Source: Candidatus Hydrothermarchaeum profundi
GTDB taxonomy: Archaea; Hydrothermarchaeota; Hydrothermarchaeia; Hydrothermarchaeales; Hydrothermarchaeaceae
DNA: 64,000 nt
Reading direction: 5' to 3'
Assembly: GCA_002011125.2 (NCBI GenBank)
Contig: MTMF02000009.1
Location: 364,006-428,005 of the forward strand
Positions 46,275 to 55,781 of the stretch are shown piece after piece. The position numbers and the translations under genes are program-made. Under the pieces are notes generated by a model. It worked only from the letters and a program-made list of their open reading frames with translations. It was not told the origin of the DNA and did not search any database. Position 1 is the stretch's first letter, and every line of letters starts with the position of its first letter.

Positions 46275-46640
46275 TTATGGCGACAACTCTTCTATCCACT
46301 TGGTCACAGCTTGACACCACTTTGCAATACTAGCCTTCATTGTTTCCTTGACCTCGCTGAAGGGAGCGGCGTGATACACATAGTAATACCCGCCGTTTTT
46401 AATGTTTTTCTGCTCCCGGTATATGAGCCCCGCTATAGCCAGATTCTGAAGAGCTCGTTGAATAGTGCTCCTATCCTTGTCGTAGCTTTTTACAAGGTCG
46501 TTAACTGTAACCGAACCTTTATTCACTACCTCAAAATAGGTTTCTGTTTCGAAGCTTTTTAAACCGAACATACAGTCCATTATATCTGCCACAGTCATTT
46601 CCCTAAAGGGAGTTTTCAGATTTGGTAGTTTCTTCAGCAA
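46275..46640 (-). CDS. HTH transcriptional regulator (TrmB-like, COG3355)
   Basis: CMFGL, DRSTIQRALQNL..GLI and GGYYYVY motifs. SD GAGGAGGTG precedes TTG 46640; the ORF track starts at 46691. Confidence 0.85.
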   Translation of the reverse strand: MLKKLPNLKTPFREMTVADIMDCMFGLKSFETETYFEVVNKGSVTVNDLVKSYDKDRSTIQRALQNLAIAGLIYREQKNIKNGGYYYVYHAAPFSEVKETMKASIAKWCQAVTKWIEELSP

Positions 46641-46746
46641 GGTCACCTCCTCTAAAATTTTTTGCCCCCTCAATTGGATTATAAAATTCATAGAATTTTA
46701 AAAAAATATAAGAAAGAATACCCATAGTAAAGAGTAAAAAAGACAT

Positions 46747-47670
46747 TTAACCTCTCCCGTTCAAATAAGCATAAGCTTGTAGAGCTGCAACCGTGCCTTG
46801 CGCTACTGCAACGCCTAACTGCTTAACGCTTGCACTAGTAACATCTCCGGCCGCAAAGATTCCAGGAATATTAGTTTCCTGACGATCATTTGTAATAACA
46901 TACCCTGCAGAATCCATTTTTATAGGCAGATTTTTTAAGAAATCTGTATTCGGAGTTTTTCCGATTTCTACGAAAACACCATCCGTCTCAATTTCTCCTA
47001 GTTCGCCGTTTTTTAAATTTCTAATTTTTATACCTCTTACAAGCTCATCCCCATAAATTTCTATGACCTCGGTTAAAGGTATTGTTTCAATTCCACTATT
47101 TTTCATCCTAGAGTACTGTATCTTTTCTCTAGGCGCATAATTTTTAGCTTTCATAATCATTTTAACATTCTTGGCTAATTTACCTAGATATAAAGCCGCT
47201 TCTACCGCACTTGTACCACTTCCAACGACAACTACATTTTTATCTCGGAAAAAAGGACCATCACAAGTGAAACAATAGCTTACTCCCCTGCCAGTAAATT
47301 CCTTCTCACCTTGGACCCCAAGCTTACGATGCCTCAAGCCGGTTGCTATAATCACAGCTCTCGCAAAGTAGCTATTTGAATTACTCCTAACAAGGAATCT
47401 ATTCCTCTCAATCTCAACAGATTCCACTTCCTGCATAGGTAATATCTGCGCGCCTGCTTTTTCCGCTTGCAGTCTGAAATTCTCAGCTAATTTAATCCCC
47501 ATTATTCCCTCTGGAAACCCCGGGTAATTCTCAACTATTCCTGCTGTCGCTATTTGGCCCCCTGGCTGGCGTGATTCTAATACGAGAGTTTCTAATTCAG
47601 CCCTCACCCCGTATAGGCCTGCAGAAAGCCCGGCTGGCCCTCCTCCAACTACTATTAGATCCCAGTCCAT
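46747..47670 (-). CDS. trxB: Thioredoxin reductase-like FAD-dependent oxidoreductase
   Basis: GGGPAG, ENYPG, GVSYCFTCDG and FAAGD motifs; the NADPH-binding motifs are atypical. Confidence 0.85.
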   Translation of the reverse strand: MDWDLIVVGGGPAGLSAGLYGVRAELETLVLESRQPGGQIATAGIVENYPGFPEGIMGIKLAENFRLQAEKAGAQILPMQEVESVEIERNRFLVRSNSNSYFARAVIIATGLRHRKLGVQGEKEFTGRGVSYCFTCDGPFFRDKNVVVVGSGTSAVEAALYLGKLAKNVKMIMKAKNYAPREKIQYSRMKNSGIETIPLTEVIEIYGDELVRGIKIRNLKNGELGEIETDGVFVEIGKTPNTDFLKNLPIKMDSAGYVITNDRQETNIPGIFAAGDVTSASVKQLGVAVAQGTVAALQAYAYLNGRG

Positions 47671-47748
47671 AGTAATCCCGTTAGTGTGCAGTATATGCAC
47701 AATTGTCATATGCTGTATTTATAGTTTTTGCTGTCTGCAACACAACCA

Positions 47749-49020
47749 TTAAAGACCAAAAAGTTCAGATAACGTCTTTCCTTTCTTTATAGCCTCCTTG
47801 TACCTCTTTTCTTTTTTGGCAATCTCTTTTGATTTTTGTAATATCTCATAGGCTTTCTCTTTTGGCACAACGACGACGCCAACCTCATCAGCTACTATTA
47901 TATCTCCTCTTTTTACTGGTACACCGCAACAACTTATTTCACACCCAATCTCGCCATGACCATGCGGCTCGCCAGCATTTGGAACAAAATATTTTGCCCA
48001 TAGCGGGAATCCTAACTCCCTAATGTCATCTATATCCCTAGCTGCTCCATCTACTATTACTCCCCTTACTCCCTTCCTTTTTGCACTAAGAGTCGCAAGC
48101 TCCCCCCAAACAGCTATCTCAGCTCCTTGAGCATCTACCACTATAATATCTCCCTCCTCCGCTAAGTCGACTGCCTTAACCACCTTACCCCAGTCCCCAC
48201 CTAATGTTCTAACAGTTAAAGCTTTTCCAGCAACTCTTACCTCCTTTAATAAAGGCTTCAATCCTCGCATAGCACCAAATCTTTTCATGGCATCTGAGAT
48301 GAATGGTGTCGGAATCCCTTCAAAATCTTTAAGAATATCCTCGAATGAAGGCTCTTTCTCCTCTACCTTTTCAGTCCTTACTCCTATAGCTTTGCAGAGT
48401 TTTCTTACAGTTAATGTAACATCCTTTGCCTTGGTAACAGCTCTGCCCACCACAAAGATCTCAACACCCGCTTCTTTTAAAAATGGCGCTGTCTCTACGC
48501 TAATTCCGCCAGCCGCCGCAATAGGTATTCTAACCACTTTTTTAAGTTTTATAATCTCATCTAAAGACGAATTTATTTTCTGTGCTTTCACTTTCTGGAT
48601 ATCGACCGGAGAATGGATAAGAATATAGTCAACGCCAAGGGTCTCTACTTCTTTTGCACGTTTAATCTTGTTTTTAACGCCTATTAGATCGGCCATTATT
48701 TTTATACCATGTGCCCTAGCTGAATTTACTGCTCTTTTTATCGTAAAATCATCAGCAAGCGCTAAGATGGAAACGATATCAGCTCCGTTTTTAGCAGCTA
48801 TTTCAACTTCAAGGTCCCCTGTGTCCATAGTTTTCATATCTGCGACTATAACCTCATTTGGGAAATTATATCTCAGAGTTTTTACAGCCGCCATCCCATG
48901 ATTCTTTATAAGTGGAGTGCCCACTTCAAGCCATTGTGCTCCTCCTTTTACTGCTTCCTCGGATATAGTTATAGCGTCCTCAATCGAAAGTAGGTCCAAA
49001 GCTATTTGAAGGACCGGCAT
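47749..49020 (-). CDS. hxlA: 3-hexulose-6-phosphate synthase / RraA (HMG aldolase-like) fusion
   Basis: LQIALD, EVGTPLIK, ADMKTMD, AGGI and VVGRA motifs; C-terminal ISDAM, AVWGEL, DGAARD and GDIIVADEVGV. Confidence 0.88.
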   Translation of the reverse strand: MPVLQIALDLLSIEDAITISEEAVKGGAQWLEVGTPLIKNHGMAAVKTLRYNFPNEVIVADMKTMDTGDLEVEIAAKNGADIVSILALADDFTIKRAVNSARAHGIKIMADLIGVKNKIKRAKEVETLGVDYILIHSPVDIQKVKAQKINSSLDEIIKLKKVVRIPIAAAGGISVETAPFLKEAGVEIFVVGRAVTKAKDVTLTVRKLCKAIGVRTEKVEEKEPSFEDILKDFEGIPTPFISDAMKRFGAMRGLKPLLKEVRVAGKALTVRTLGGDWGKVVKAVDLAEEGDIIVVDAQGAEIAVWGELATLSAKRKGVRGVIVDGAARDIDDIRELGFPLWAKYFVPNAGEPHGHGEIGCEISCCGVPVKRGDIIVADEVGVVVVPKEKAYEILQKSKEIAKKEKRYKEAIKKGKTLSELFGL

Positions 49021-49117
49021 AAATGAGTATCGGTGCACGCTTCTGATAAATTTTTGGGTAGAGAAAACTACTTCCAACTTCTAAAGAAGACCCTATCCGT
49101 AAAGTCTTACGTAGTTT

Positions 49118-50314
49118 TTAGTAGTCAGTCATTATCCTAAACTGATCCACTTCTTCAACTCCCATCTCATGGAGGAAAGCCCTTGCCGCTCCAGTTACGT
49201 CTTTAGCAGCAGTAATCGCCCTTCCAACCACCAGTATATCTGCTCCAGATTTTAAAGCTTCTTTGACTTTATCGACTCTTATACCTCCTGCTACTGCCAC
49301 CAATACTTTGTTATTGCATATTCTTTTAATCTCCTGAATGTTACCCCACTGAGCCTCTTCGCTCTCTTCTACATCTATAGCTCTGTGAAGTTCTACTATA
49401 TCGGGCTTTACTTTTAGGCTCTTTAAAACTTCTATCGGGTCGGCAACATTGAGGGTGTCCATCAAGGAGAGGGCCCCAACCTTCTTACACTCCTCTATGA
49501 ACTTTTCCATAGTCTTTAGTGGAGCGAGTCCTGAAAAACCTATCACGTCAGCAGTTGCATCACCAGCCATTCTAGCCTCAAGATTGCCTGTATCCAAAGT
49601 TTTGAGATCAGCTAAAACAATAGTTTCTGGTCTAAGCTGATGGATTTTCTGCACAACCTCAACACCATACCTCTTTATAAGAGGCGTCCCCGCTTCTATT
49701 ATTATTGCATCTGATCTCGGCAGGGCTCTAATTACTCCTTCAACCCTCCTCCAATCCGGAATATCGAAGGCGACCTCCAGATAGGGTGGTTTTTTCAAAT
49801 TATTTATTCTAAATCCGATCATCGCATGTGCTGCCTTATCTTTTTCCTCTAAAACTGTATCTATACCGGGGAACCTTTCCATAGCTCTTCTTATTGCAAG
49901 CTTTGTGGCTCCATAATTATATCTATAAATCCTTTGGTAGTCTTTACCTCGGGGATGAATAAAAACCGACACTATAATAGCGATTTCTTCTACTTTTTCT
50001 TTTGGTATAATATCTTCCTCAACCGCATCAGCTACTGCTTTAGCGATGGCGCTTTGCGCAGGCCCAAATAGTCTTTCAGCACCTTCCAAATTCCTAATTG
50101 TTACCTTGGGCACAATCAAAGTGGCAGGCTTAACTGGAACATTAGGTCTAACCACAGCTAGGATAGGGGTGTGGCCTTGTCTAGGTTGAGCTAGGGAATT
50201 TGCAAATGCTTGTCCCATTACACCTCTTTTTTCTCCGATTATGAGGTCAATATGCGCTACCTCTGGCTCTTCACCTACTAGAGCTTCTCCTACAAGAAAT
50301 CCTTCCTCAATCAT
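49118..50314 (-). CDS. fae-hps: Bifunctional formaldehyde-activating enzyme / hexulose-6-phosphate synthase
   Basis: [33 protein letters not shown], then [16 protein letters not shown] and ELHRAID motifs. Confidence 0.93.
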   Translation of the reverse strand: MIEEGFLVGEALVGEEPEVAHIDLIIGEKRGVMGQAFANSLAQPRQGHTPILAVVRPNVPVKPATLIVPKVTIRNLEGAERLFGPAQSAIAKAVADAVEEDIIPKEKVEEIAIIVSVFIHPRGKDYQRIYRYNYGATKLAIRRAMERFPGIDTVLEEKDKAAHAMIGFRINNLKKPPYLEVAFDIPDWRRVEGVIRALPRSDAIIIEAGTPLIKRYGVEVVQKIHQLRPETIVLADLKTLDTGNLEARMAGDATADVIGFSGLAPLKTMEKFIEECKKVGALSLMDTLNVADPIEVLKSLKVKPDIVELHRAIDVEESEEAQWGNIQEIKRICNNKVLVAVAGGIRVDKVKEALKSGADILVVGRAITAAKDVTGAARAFLHEMGVEEVDQFRIMTDY

Positions 50315-50615
50315 AGTGGTCAATTCTATATTCGTAGCCTTTATCCTTTGCAAACTCAACAAGCTCGCTATCTTGGTGCCATATCCTAATATGGATGAAT
50401 CCAGATCTATCGTCTAGCCCCATTATTTCTCTAACAAAAGTTGGAAAATCCGGAGGGACAACCTTATTTTTCCTTATAAGATAATCAAGATAATCTTTTA
50501 GAAATTCTATCCTTCCTTCATTCCCAGGTTTTTTTAATTTTACCTTTAGTTTCTTATGAAATACACTTTCTTGACCTTCTCTATCAATGCCAGACAAATT
50601 AATCACCGAATTCAA
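50307..50615 (-). CDS. Hypothetical protein coupled to fae-hps
   Basis: Stop codon overlaps the fae-hps start; probable start is TTG 50597 after GGTGA. Confidence 0.55.
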   Translation of the reverse strand: MNSVINLSGIDREGQESVFHKKLKVKLKKPGNEGRIEFLKDYLDYLIRKNKVVPPDFPTFVREIMGLDDRSGFIHIRIWHQDSELVEFAKDKGYEYRIDHYD

Positions 50616-50700
50616 CCATTTACAAATCTATATTTAACATTTTTCTTTTATACAGGAGATTGAACTTCTCAGAAAAACACCCTATTATACTTTTCTATTC

Positions 50701-52050
50701 TCACATCCTCCTCCAGCCAGCGAAGAGAATAAGTACCGGAATAATCTCTAGTCTTCCAATCCACATGTGAAATATCATCAAAATTTTTTCTACAGAAGTA
50801 TAAGTTGTCAACGTAACCAAGCCATTGTTACCCATAGCAGAGGAAACCATAAAAACCGCATCCATAAAAGACCTGCCAGTATACATAAATATAAGGATGC
50901 TCGGTACTTGAAGTACTATATAAAGAAGGCAAAACAGTAGAGTCGCTAAAACTTCTTCTTCGGAAAATACTCTCCCTTGCAACTTAAAAGGAATTATGGC
51001 TCTGCTAGGGGAAGTTATTTTCCTTATAAACCATTCCACAGATTTTAACGCTACAACAAATCGCATTAATTTTATACCGCTAGCAGTTGCCCCATAGCTT
51101 CCTCCAACATTCATAAGAATTATTATATATGCCTTTGATAGCTCGCTCAAGCCAGATATATTTACGCTCGCAAAACCCGTCGTAGTTATAGCTGAAATAG
51201 ACTGAAAGAAAGAATCCACAAGGGGCATCCCATCAAAGTAAAGAAGAAAAGCAAATATCACAACAATGGCGATCAGCGCTTTTACTTCTAAACTTGTATA
51301 TAATGATTTATAATCACCACGAATCCATTTCATATGTACAGCGAAACTTATTCCTCCTACCACCATGAAAATCATAGTGATTATCTTCACGATAGGACTC
51401 ATCGTAAAATAGCTATCATCATGAGGTGAAAAGCCGCCTGTAGGAAGTGCGGTGAGTGAGTGATTGATTGCATCAAATACGGGTGCGCCTGCGAGAAAGA
51501 GGAGAATAGCGCATATTACTGTAAATCCTATATATATGTAGAAAGTTTTTTTTGCAGTATTGACGATATTAGGCTCTATCCTATCCGTTCTCGCTTCTGC
51601 GAAATAAAACCTAGAAGCTATAGGAGAAGGTGCAAAAATAGCTAAAAATGCCATTACAATACCAACACCTCCAAGCCACTCTGTAAAACTTCTCCAAAGA
51701 ATAAGAGACTTAGGAAGCTGACTTGGAGTAAATACTGTTATCCCTGAGGTTGTCCATCCAGACATCGTCTCAAAATAAGCATCCAAAAGAGAAGCCTTAA
51801 AAATCAGAACATATGGTATGCAACCTACAAATGTAGCAATAAGCCAGCCGAGAGCACATATAATATAGGCACTTTTAAGATCTATTCTTTCAATTTTCTT
51901 ACCTCTTTGAGGAACATAGCCTATGAGTATAGATAAAACTCCGGGGATGATAAAATATTTTACTAAATCTATTTCCCCCAAAAATACGGCTGCCAATGCC
52001 GGCACAAAGAGGAGTACTCCGGTAGTAGCGGTTATTAATCCCAAATACAT
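50701..52050 (-). CDS. trkH: TrkH family potassium uptake protein
   Basis: FETMSGWTTSG, WLGGVG, PTGGF, TTTGF and MWIGRLEI motifs; possible ATA start at 52065. Confidence 0.93.
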   Translation of the reverse strand: MYLGLITATTGVLLFVPALAAVFLGEIDLVKYFIIPGVLSILIGYVPQRGKKIERIDLKSAYIICALGWLIATFVGCIPYVLIFKASLLDAYFETMSGWTTSGITVFTPSQLPKSLILWRSFTEWLGGVGIVMAFLAIFAPSPIASRFYFAEARTDRIEPNIVNTAKKTFYIYIGFTVICAILLFLAGAPVFDAINHSLTALPTGGFSPHDDSYFTMSPIVKIITMIFMVVGGISFAVHMKWIRGDYKSLYTSLEVKALIAIVVIFAFLLYFDGMPLVDSFFQSISAITTTGFASVNISGLSELSKAYIIILMNVGGSYGATASGIKLMRFVVALKSVEWFIRKITSPSRAIIPFKLQGRVFSEEEVLATLLFCLLYIVLQVPSILIFMYTGRSFMDAVFMVSSAMGNNGLVTLTTYTSVEKILMIFHMWIGRLEIIPVLILFAGWRRM

Positions 52051-52238
52051 TAAAATAGCCGTTATTCACTCCTCCTAATACGTATTATAGAAGTAATAAA
52101 CTCTTTAGTATTTTTGACACTCTACCACGAACCTCTCATTTACATATAATAATGTTAGGGTAGTATGGAAATTAACAACACGAACGCTCAAATCTCCTAT
52201 TGAGCCAATCCACTGTATTTTGTCGCTATTCTAGGGTT

Positions 52239-52721
52239 TTATTTATTAAAATTTTTTCCTGTAACCTTATATGCGAGTTCAACCGCCTCTATAGGATTTT
52301 TCGCAATTAAGATATCCTTAAAAATACTGGTCACATTTGGAATCGTGTTCTCTAAAACAATTACCGGCTTTCCGACTTTTAATCCAAGAGCTATCTCTGA
52401 GATTGTACCTAGGCTTCCATCAATTGCTATAAGCACATCCGCGCTTCTGGCTATAATAGCGTTTCTAGCGTGGCTCATAGCGGTAGGAATTTTTATATCT
52501 ATATAAGGATTTGCCTCATGGCTATTAAATCCCGGAAGAATCCCTACCGTGATGCCACCAGCCTCCTTCGCTCCTTTAGCACATGCTTCCATTACGCCTC
52601 CTAAGCCCCCACAAATTAAGATAGCCCCAGACTTTGCTATTTCTCTGCCCACTTCTTTGGCAATTGCATAAATCTGGCCTTTAGCTTCTCCTCCCCCTAT
52701 TACCCCTATTTGCATATGCAC
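52239..52721 (-). CDS. TIGR00725 (LOG/DprA-like Rossmann fold) protein
   Basis: CGGLGGVMEA..KGA, ARNAII and GTISEI motifs. Confidence 0.88.
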   Translation of the reverse strand: MHMQIGVIGGGEAKGQIYAIAKEVGREIAKSGAILICGGLGGVMEACAKGAKEAGGITVGILPGFNSHEANPYIDIKIPTAMSHARNAIIARSADVLIAIDGSLGTISEIALGLKVGKPVIVLENTIPNVTSIFKDILIAKNPIEAVELAYKVTGKNFNK

Positions 52722-54484
52722 TACCTATAGTAATATTCTCCTTTATCTTTCTGTTCTCTATCTTTCTTACTTCCCTCTTTATTTATTCTCGGTCTACCAG
52801 TATCCTTATCTCTTCGGAAAGTAACTCCAATGTCCTTTAAAAACGCATTCATTCCCTCCCTCATATTTAAAGGCTTAGTGGAATAACCTTTTACCCCCGG
52901 TTTCCCATAGAATGCCATAATCCTGTCAGATATATAATCGATAAAAAGGATATCATGGTCAACTACTATCCCTGTAGCTTCCCTTTTTTCCATAACCCTC
53001 CTTATCATCTTAGCAACTTTTAGTCTTTGCTCTACATCAAGATACGCCGAAGGCTCGTCTAATAAGTAAATATCCGCCTCCCTACCTAGACAGATTGCAA
53101 TAGCTACTCTCTGAAGCTCACCTCCACTAAGGTCCCCCATCTGCCTTTCATATAGAAACTCCAGGTCGAGATAATTTGAGATTTCAGTCTGAAAAATCCC
53201 CGAAGAAATATCAACCGCTTTATTCAAAGCTTCTAAAACAGTTATGTTTTCATCGGGCTTAATATATTGTGGTTTATAAGAGACTTTTATTTTCAAATCA
53301 ACGATTCCAACATCCGGCTTGATAATATTTGCAAGCATCTTAACAAAAGTTGTTTTTCCTGTAGCATTTGGACCCACTGCGCCAATTACTTCTCCTCTTC
53401 TTATTTCTCCTCCCTCTACCTCTAATGAGAAGCCATTATAATTTTTTTTCAAGTCTGAGTAAGTGAGCAAAATCTCTCCTCCCCATCCTTCCGACGGAGG
53501 CCTAACTTCAAATTTGACGGGCTCATCCCGGAATCTAATATTTTCCTCTTTTAAATACCCCTGTAAATACACATTAATTCCCTGTCTAACTAATCTAGGA
53601 TGCGAAACTATACCATATGCACCGACAGAACCATACATCATATTCACATAATCTGCAAGATAATCGAGAACTACTAAATCATGCTCAACTACTAAAACAC
53701 GCCTATCTTTTGCTATCTCTCTAATTAATCTCGCCACATTCAGCCGTTGCTTCACATCCAAGTAGCTCGAGGGTTCATCTAAGATATAAAAATCTGCGTC
53801 TTTAAGAAGGCATGCAGCGATAGCGACTCTCTGAAGCTCACCACCAGATATCTTATCAATGTCCCTCTCAATAGCCTCTTCTAATTCCAGCTTTTCAACT
53901 ATTGAATGAAAATCTCCTTTTTCATCTACTTTTTTCAATAAATCACCAACATTTCCTTTAACCGCCTTAGGCAACAAATCTACATATTGAGGCTTATGAA
54001 CAACATTAATCTCATTCTCATATAGGGCGTAAAAAAAATCATAAAGAGCTAGACCGGAATAATATTCTAATACCTTTTCTTTATTGCCCTCTTCTTTAAA
54101 ATTTCCAAAATTTGGAATGAGTTCACCAGAAAATATCTTTACTATTGTAGTCTTCCCCATTCCATTTTGACCTATTATACCTGTAACTGAATTTTCACGC
54201 GGATACGGCAGCCTGAATAACCTAAAAGCATTTTCCCCATATTGATGAATGATGTCTTTTTTTAGCTCCTCAGGTAATCCTATAATTGATATGGCTTTAA
54301 AGGGACATTTCTTGGGACAGATACCACAACCTGTGCAAAGCTCCTCAGAAATAAGAGGTTTATTATCTTCTCCTATTATTATACACTCTTTTCCTGTCCT
54401 GTTAATAGGACAAACTCTGCCGCATATAAAGTTACAGTTAATACCGTTTTTACATTGGTCTCGTTTGAGTACTGCTATTCTCAT
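52721..54484 (-). CDS. rli: Ribosome recycling ATPase ABCE1/RLI
   Basis: N-terminal Fe-S Cys cluster (CTGCGICPKKCP), two ABC domains (SGGELQR twice) and TFRRD..TGRPRINK. Confidence 0.96.
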   Translation of the reverse strand: MRIAVLKRDQCKNGINCNFICGRVCPINRTGKECIIIGEDNKPLISEELCTGCGICPKKCPFKAISIIGLPEELKKDIIHQYGENAFRLFRLPYPRENSVTGIIGQNGMGKTTIVKIFSGELIPNFGNFKEEGNKEKVLEYYSGLALYDFFYALYENEINVVHKPQYVDLLPKAVKGNVGDLLKKVDEKGDFHSIVEKLELEEAIERDIDKISGGELQRVAIAACLLKDADFYILDEPSSYLDVKQRLNVARLIREIAKDRRVLVVEHDLVVLDYLADYVNMMYGSVGAYGIVSHPRLVRQGINVYLQGYLKEENIRFRDEPVKFEVRPPSEGWGGEILLTYSDLKKNYNGFSLEVEGGEIRRGEVIGAVGPNATGKTTFVKMLANIIKPDVGIVDLKIKVSYKPQYIKPDENITVLEALNKAVDISSGIFQTEISNYLDLEFLYERQMGDLSGGELQRVAIAICLGREADIYLLDEPSAYLDVEQRLKVAKMIRRVMEKREATGIVVDHDILFIDYISDRIMAFYGKPGVKGYSTKPLNMREGMNAFLKDIGVTFRRDKDTGRPRINKEGSKKDREQKDKGEYYYR

Positions 54485-54506
54485 AAGTCAACCAATCCAA
54501 ATTAGT

Positions 54507-55007
54507 TTACATTATATACTCTATGTTGGAGCGGTCAAAATCTTTTACCACTTCTATTTGGAATTCTCTATCAACTTTCCAATCCAACGAAGGATATATT
54601 ACCTTTGGTAGATATTTCTCTATGTTCCTTGCAATCTTGGTTACGATGTGATCTTCTCCAAAGAGTTCTCTGCTAATTTGATAAACTAACTCCCTCGTTG
54701 AGATCTCATCCAAGAATCCTAAGGAATGAAGATATTCGTGAAGCAAAACATGGAAAGCATAGGGCTTGAATAGTTCAGGCTTATCCCTAAAAATGCTTCT
54801 TAATGGCGTTTTGTTTACAATAATTATGTTAGAACCTACCGGATAAAATGCTCCAATCCAGAAGTTTTTATCCCCGCCCAACTCAGCTAACCCCAGAGTT
54901 AGACCTGCTCTACCAATATTAAATACTTTCCTTACACCTTCTTTTACAACTTCAAATATGTCCGCAAAACTTTCCGCTTCACCTAAACGTTCAGAAAATG
55001 TTTTCAT
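54507..55007 (-). CDS. Putative zincin-like metallopeptidase
   Basis: HVLLHEYLHSLG (HExxH). Confidence 0.65.
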   Translation of the reverse strand: MKTFSERLGEAESFADIFEVVKEGVRKVFNIGRAGLTLGLAELGGDKNFWIGAFYPVGSNIIIVNKTPLRSIFRDKPELFKPYAFHVLLHEYLHSLGFLDEISTRELVYQISRELFGEDHIVTKIARNIEKYLPKVIYPSLDWKVDREFQIEVVKDFDRSNIEYIM

Positions 55008-55056
55008 ATAACGTCACTTTAAGTAACTTTTTGTAAGAATAACATCTAAAATTTTA

Positions 55057-55722
55057 TCAAAACCCATAAAAAAGTCTTTGGGCTAATCGCTCCGGTAGAC
55101 CGACTTCTCCAATACGCTGTGCAACCTCATTAATGTTATAGGATACCCTCCTTATCTCTACTTTTCTCGTATCGGTATTAAACACAGCATAACTGGCACG
55201 GGGATCACCATCCCTAGGTTGGCCCACAGATCCAGGATTAATTACCATCTTTCCATTAATTTTTTTTACAAAGGGAATATGAGTATGCCCAATGATTACC
55301 ACATCGCTTTTAACGTAATTGAAAAAATCGAGGAAAACATAATCGGGGGAATCAGGAAAAATATACTCTTCAAGTGGATCTTTTGGGCTTCCATGAGTCA
55401 TATATAAATCATCGTTATAGGTTAGAGGAAGCCTTTGTAAAAACTCCTTGTTCTTATCCTCTAAAACGTTAATCGTCCAATCTATCGCAGCTGCAGCAAT
55501 TGGATTAAACCAAGAAGTGTCACCAGTAATTACAGCGCGGTCATGATTGCCTAATACTGAAATAATTTTTTTCTCTTTAAATATCTCTATAACTTCATTT
55601 GGGTAAGGATTATAACCCACTAGATCACCAGAGCAATATATTGGCAAACCGCCAATATCTTCTAAGACCTCTAGAAAGGCAGGTAAATTGGAATGAATAT
55701 CAGCGATTATTGCAACCTCCAT
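55057..55722 (-). CDS. Metallophosphoesterase (calcineurin-like)
   Basis: DIHSN, GDLVGY, GNHD, HGSP, GHTH and NPGSVGQPRD motifs. Confidence 0.93.
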   Translation of the reverse strand: MEVAIIADIHSNLPAFLEVLEDIGGLPIYCSGDLVGYNPYPNEVIEIFKEKKIISVLGNHDRAVITGDTSWFNPIAAAAIDWTINVLEDKNKEFLQRLPLTYNDDLYMTHGSPKDPLEEYIFPDSPDYVFLDFFNYVKSDVVIIGHTHIPFVKKINGKMVINPGSVGQPRDGDPRASYAVFNTDTRKVEIRRVSYNINEVAQRIGEVGLPERLAQRLFYGF

Positions 55723-55781
55723 GAATTTAAATCTACGTATAAAGAATTTTTAAAATGTTGCTATGGTGAGGAGGTATCTAG

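Noticed and set aside
52120-52210. Possible riboswitch upstream of trkH (GCTCAA/TTGAGC hairpin, repeated CACGAAC)
   Set aside because: There is only a 6-bp stem and a 7-bp repeat, with no recognisable aptamer consensus.
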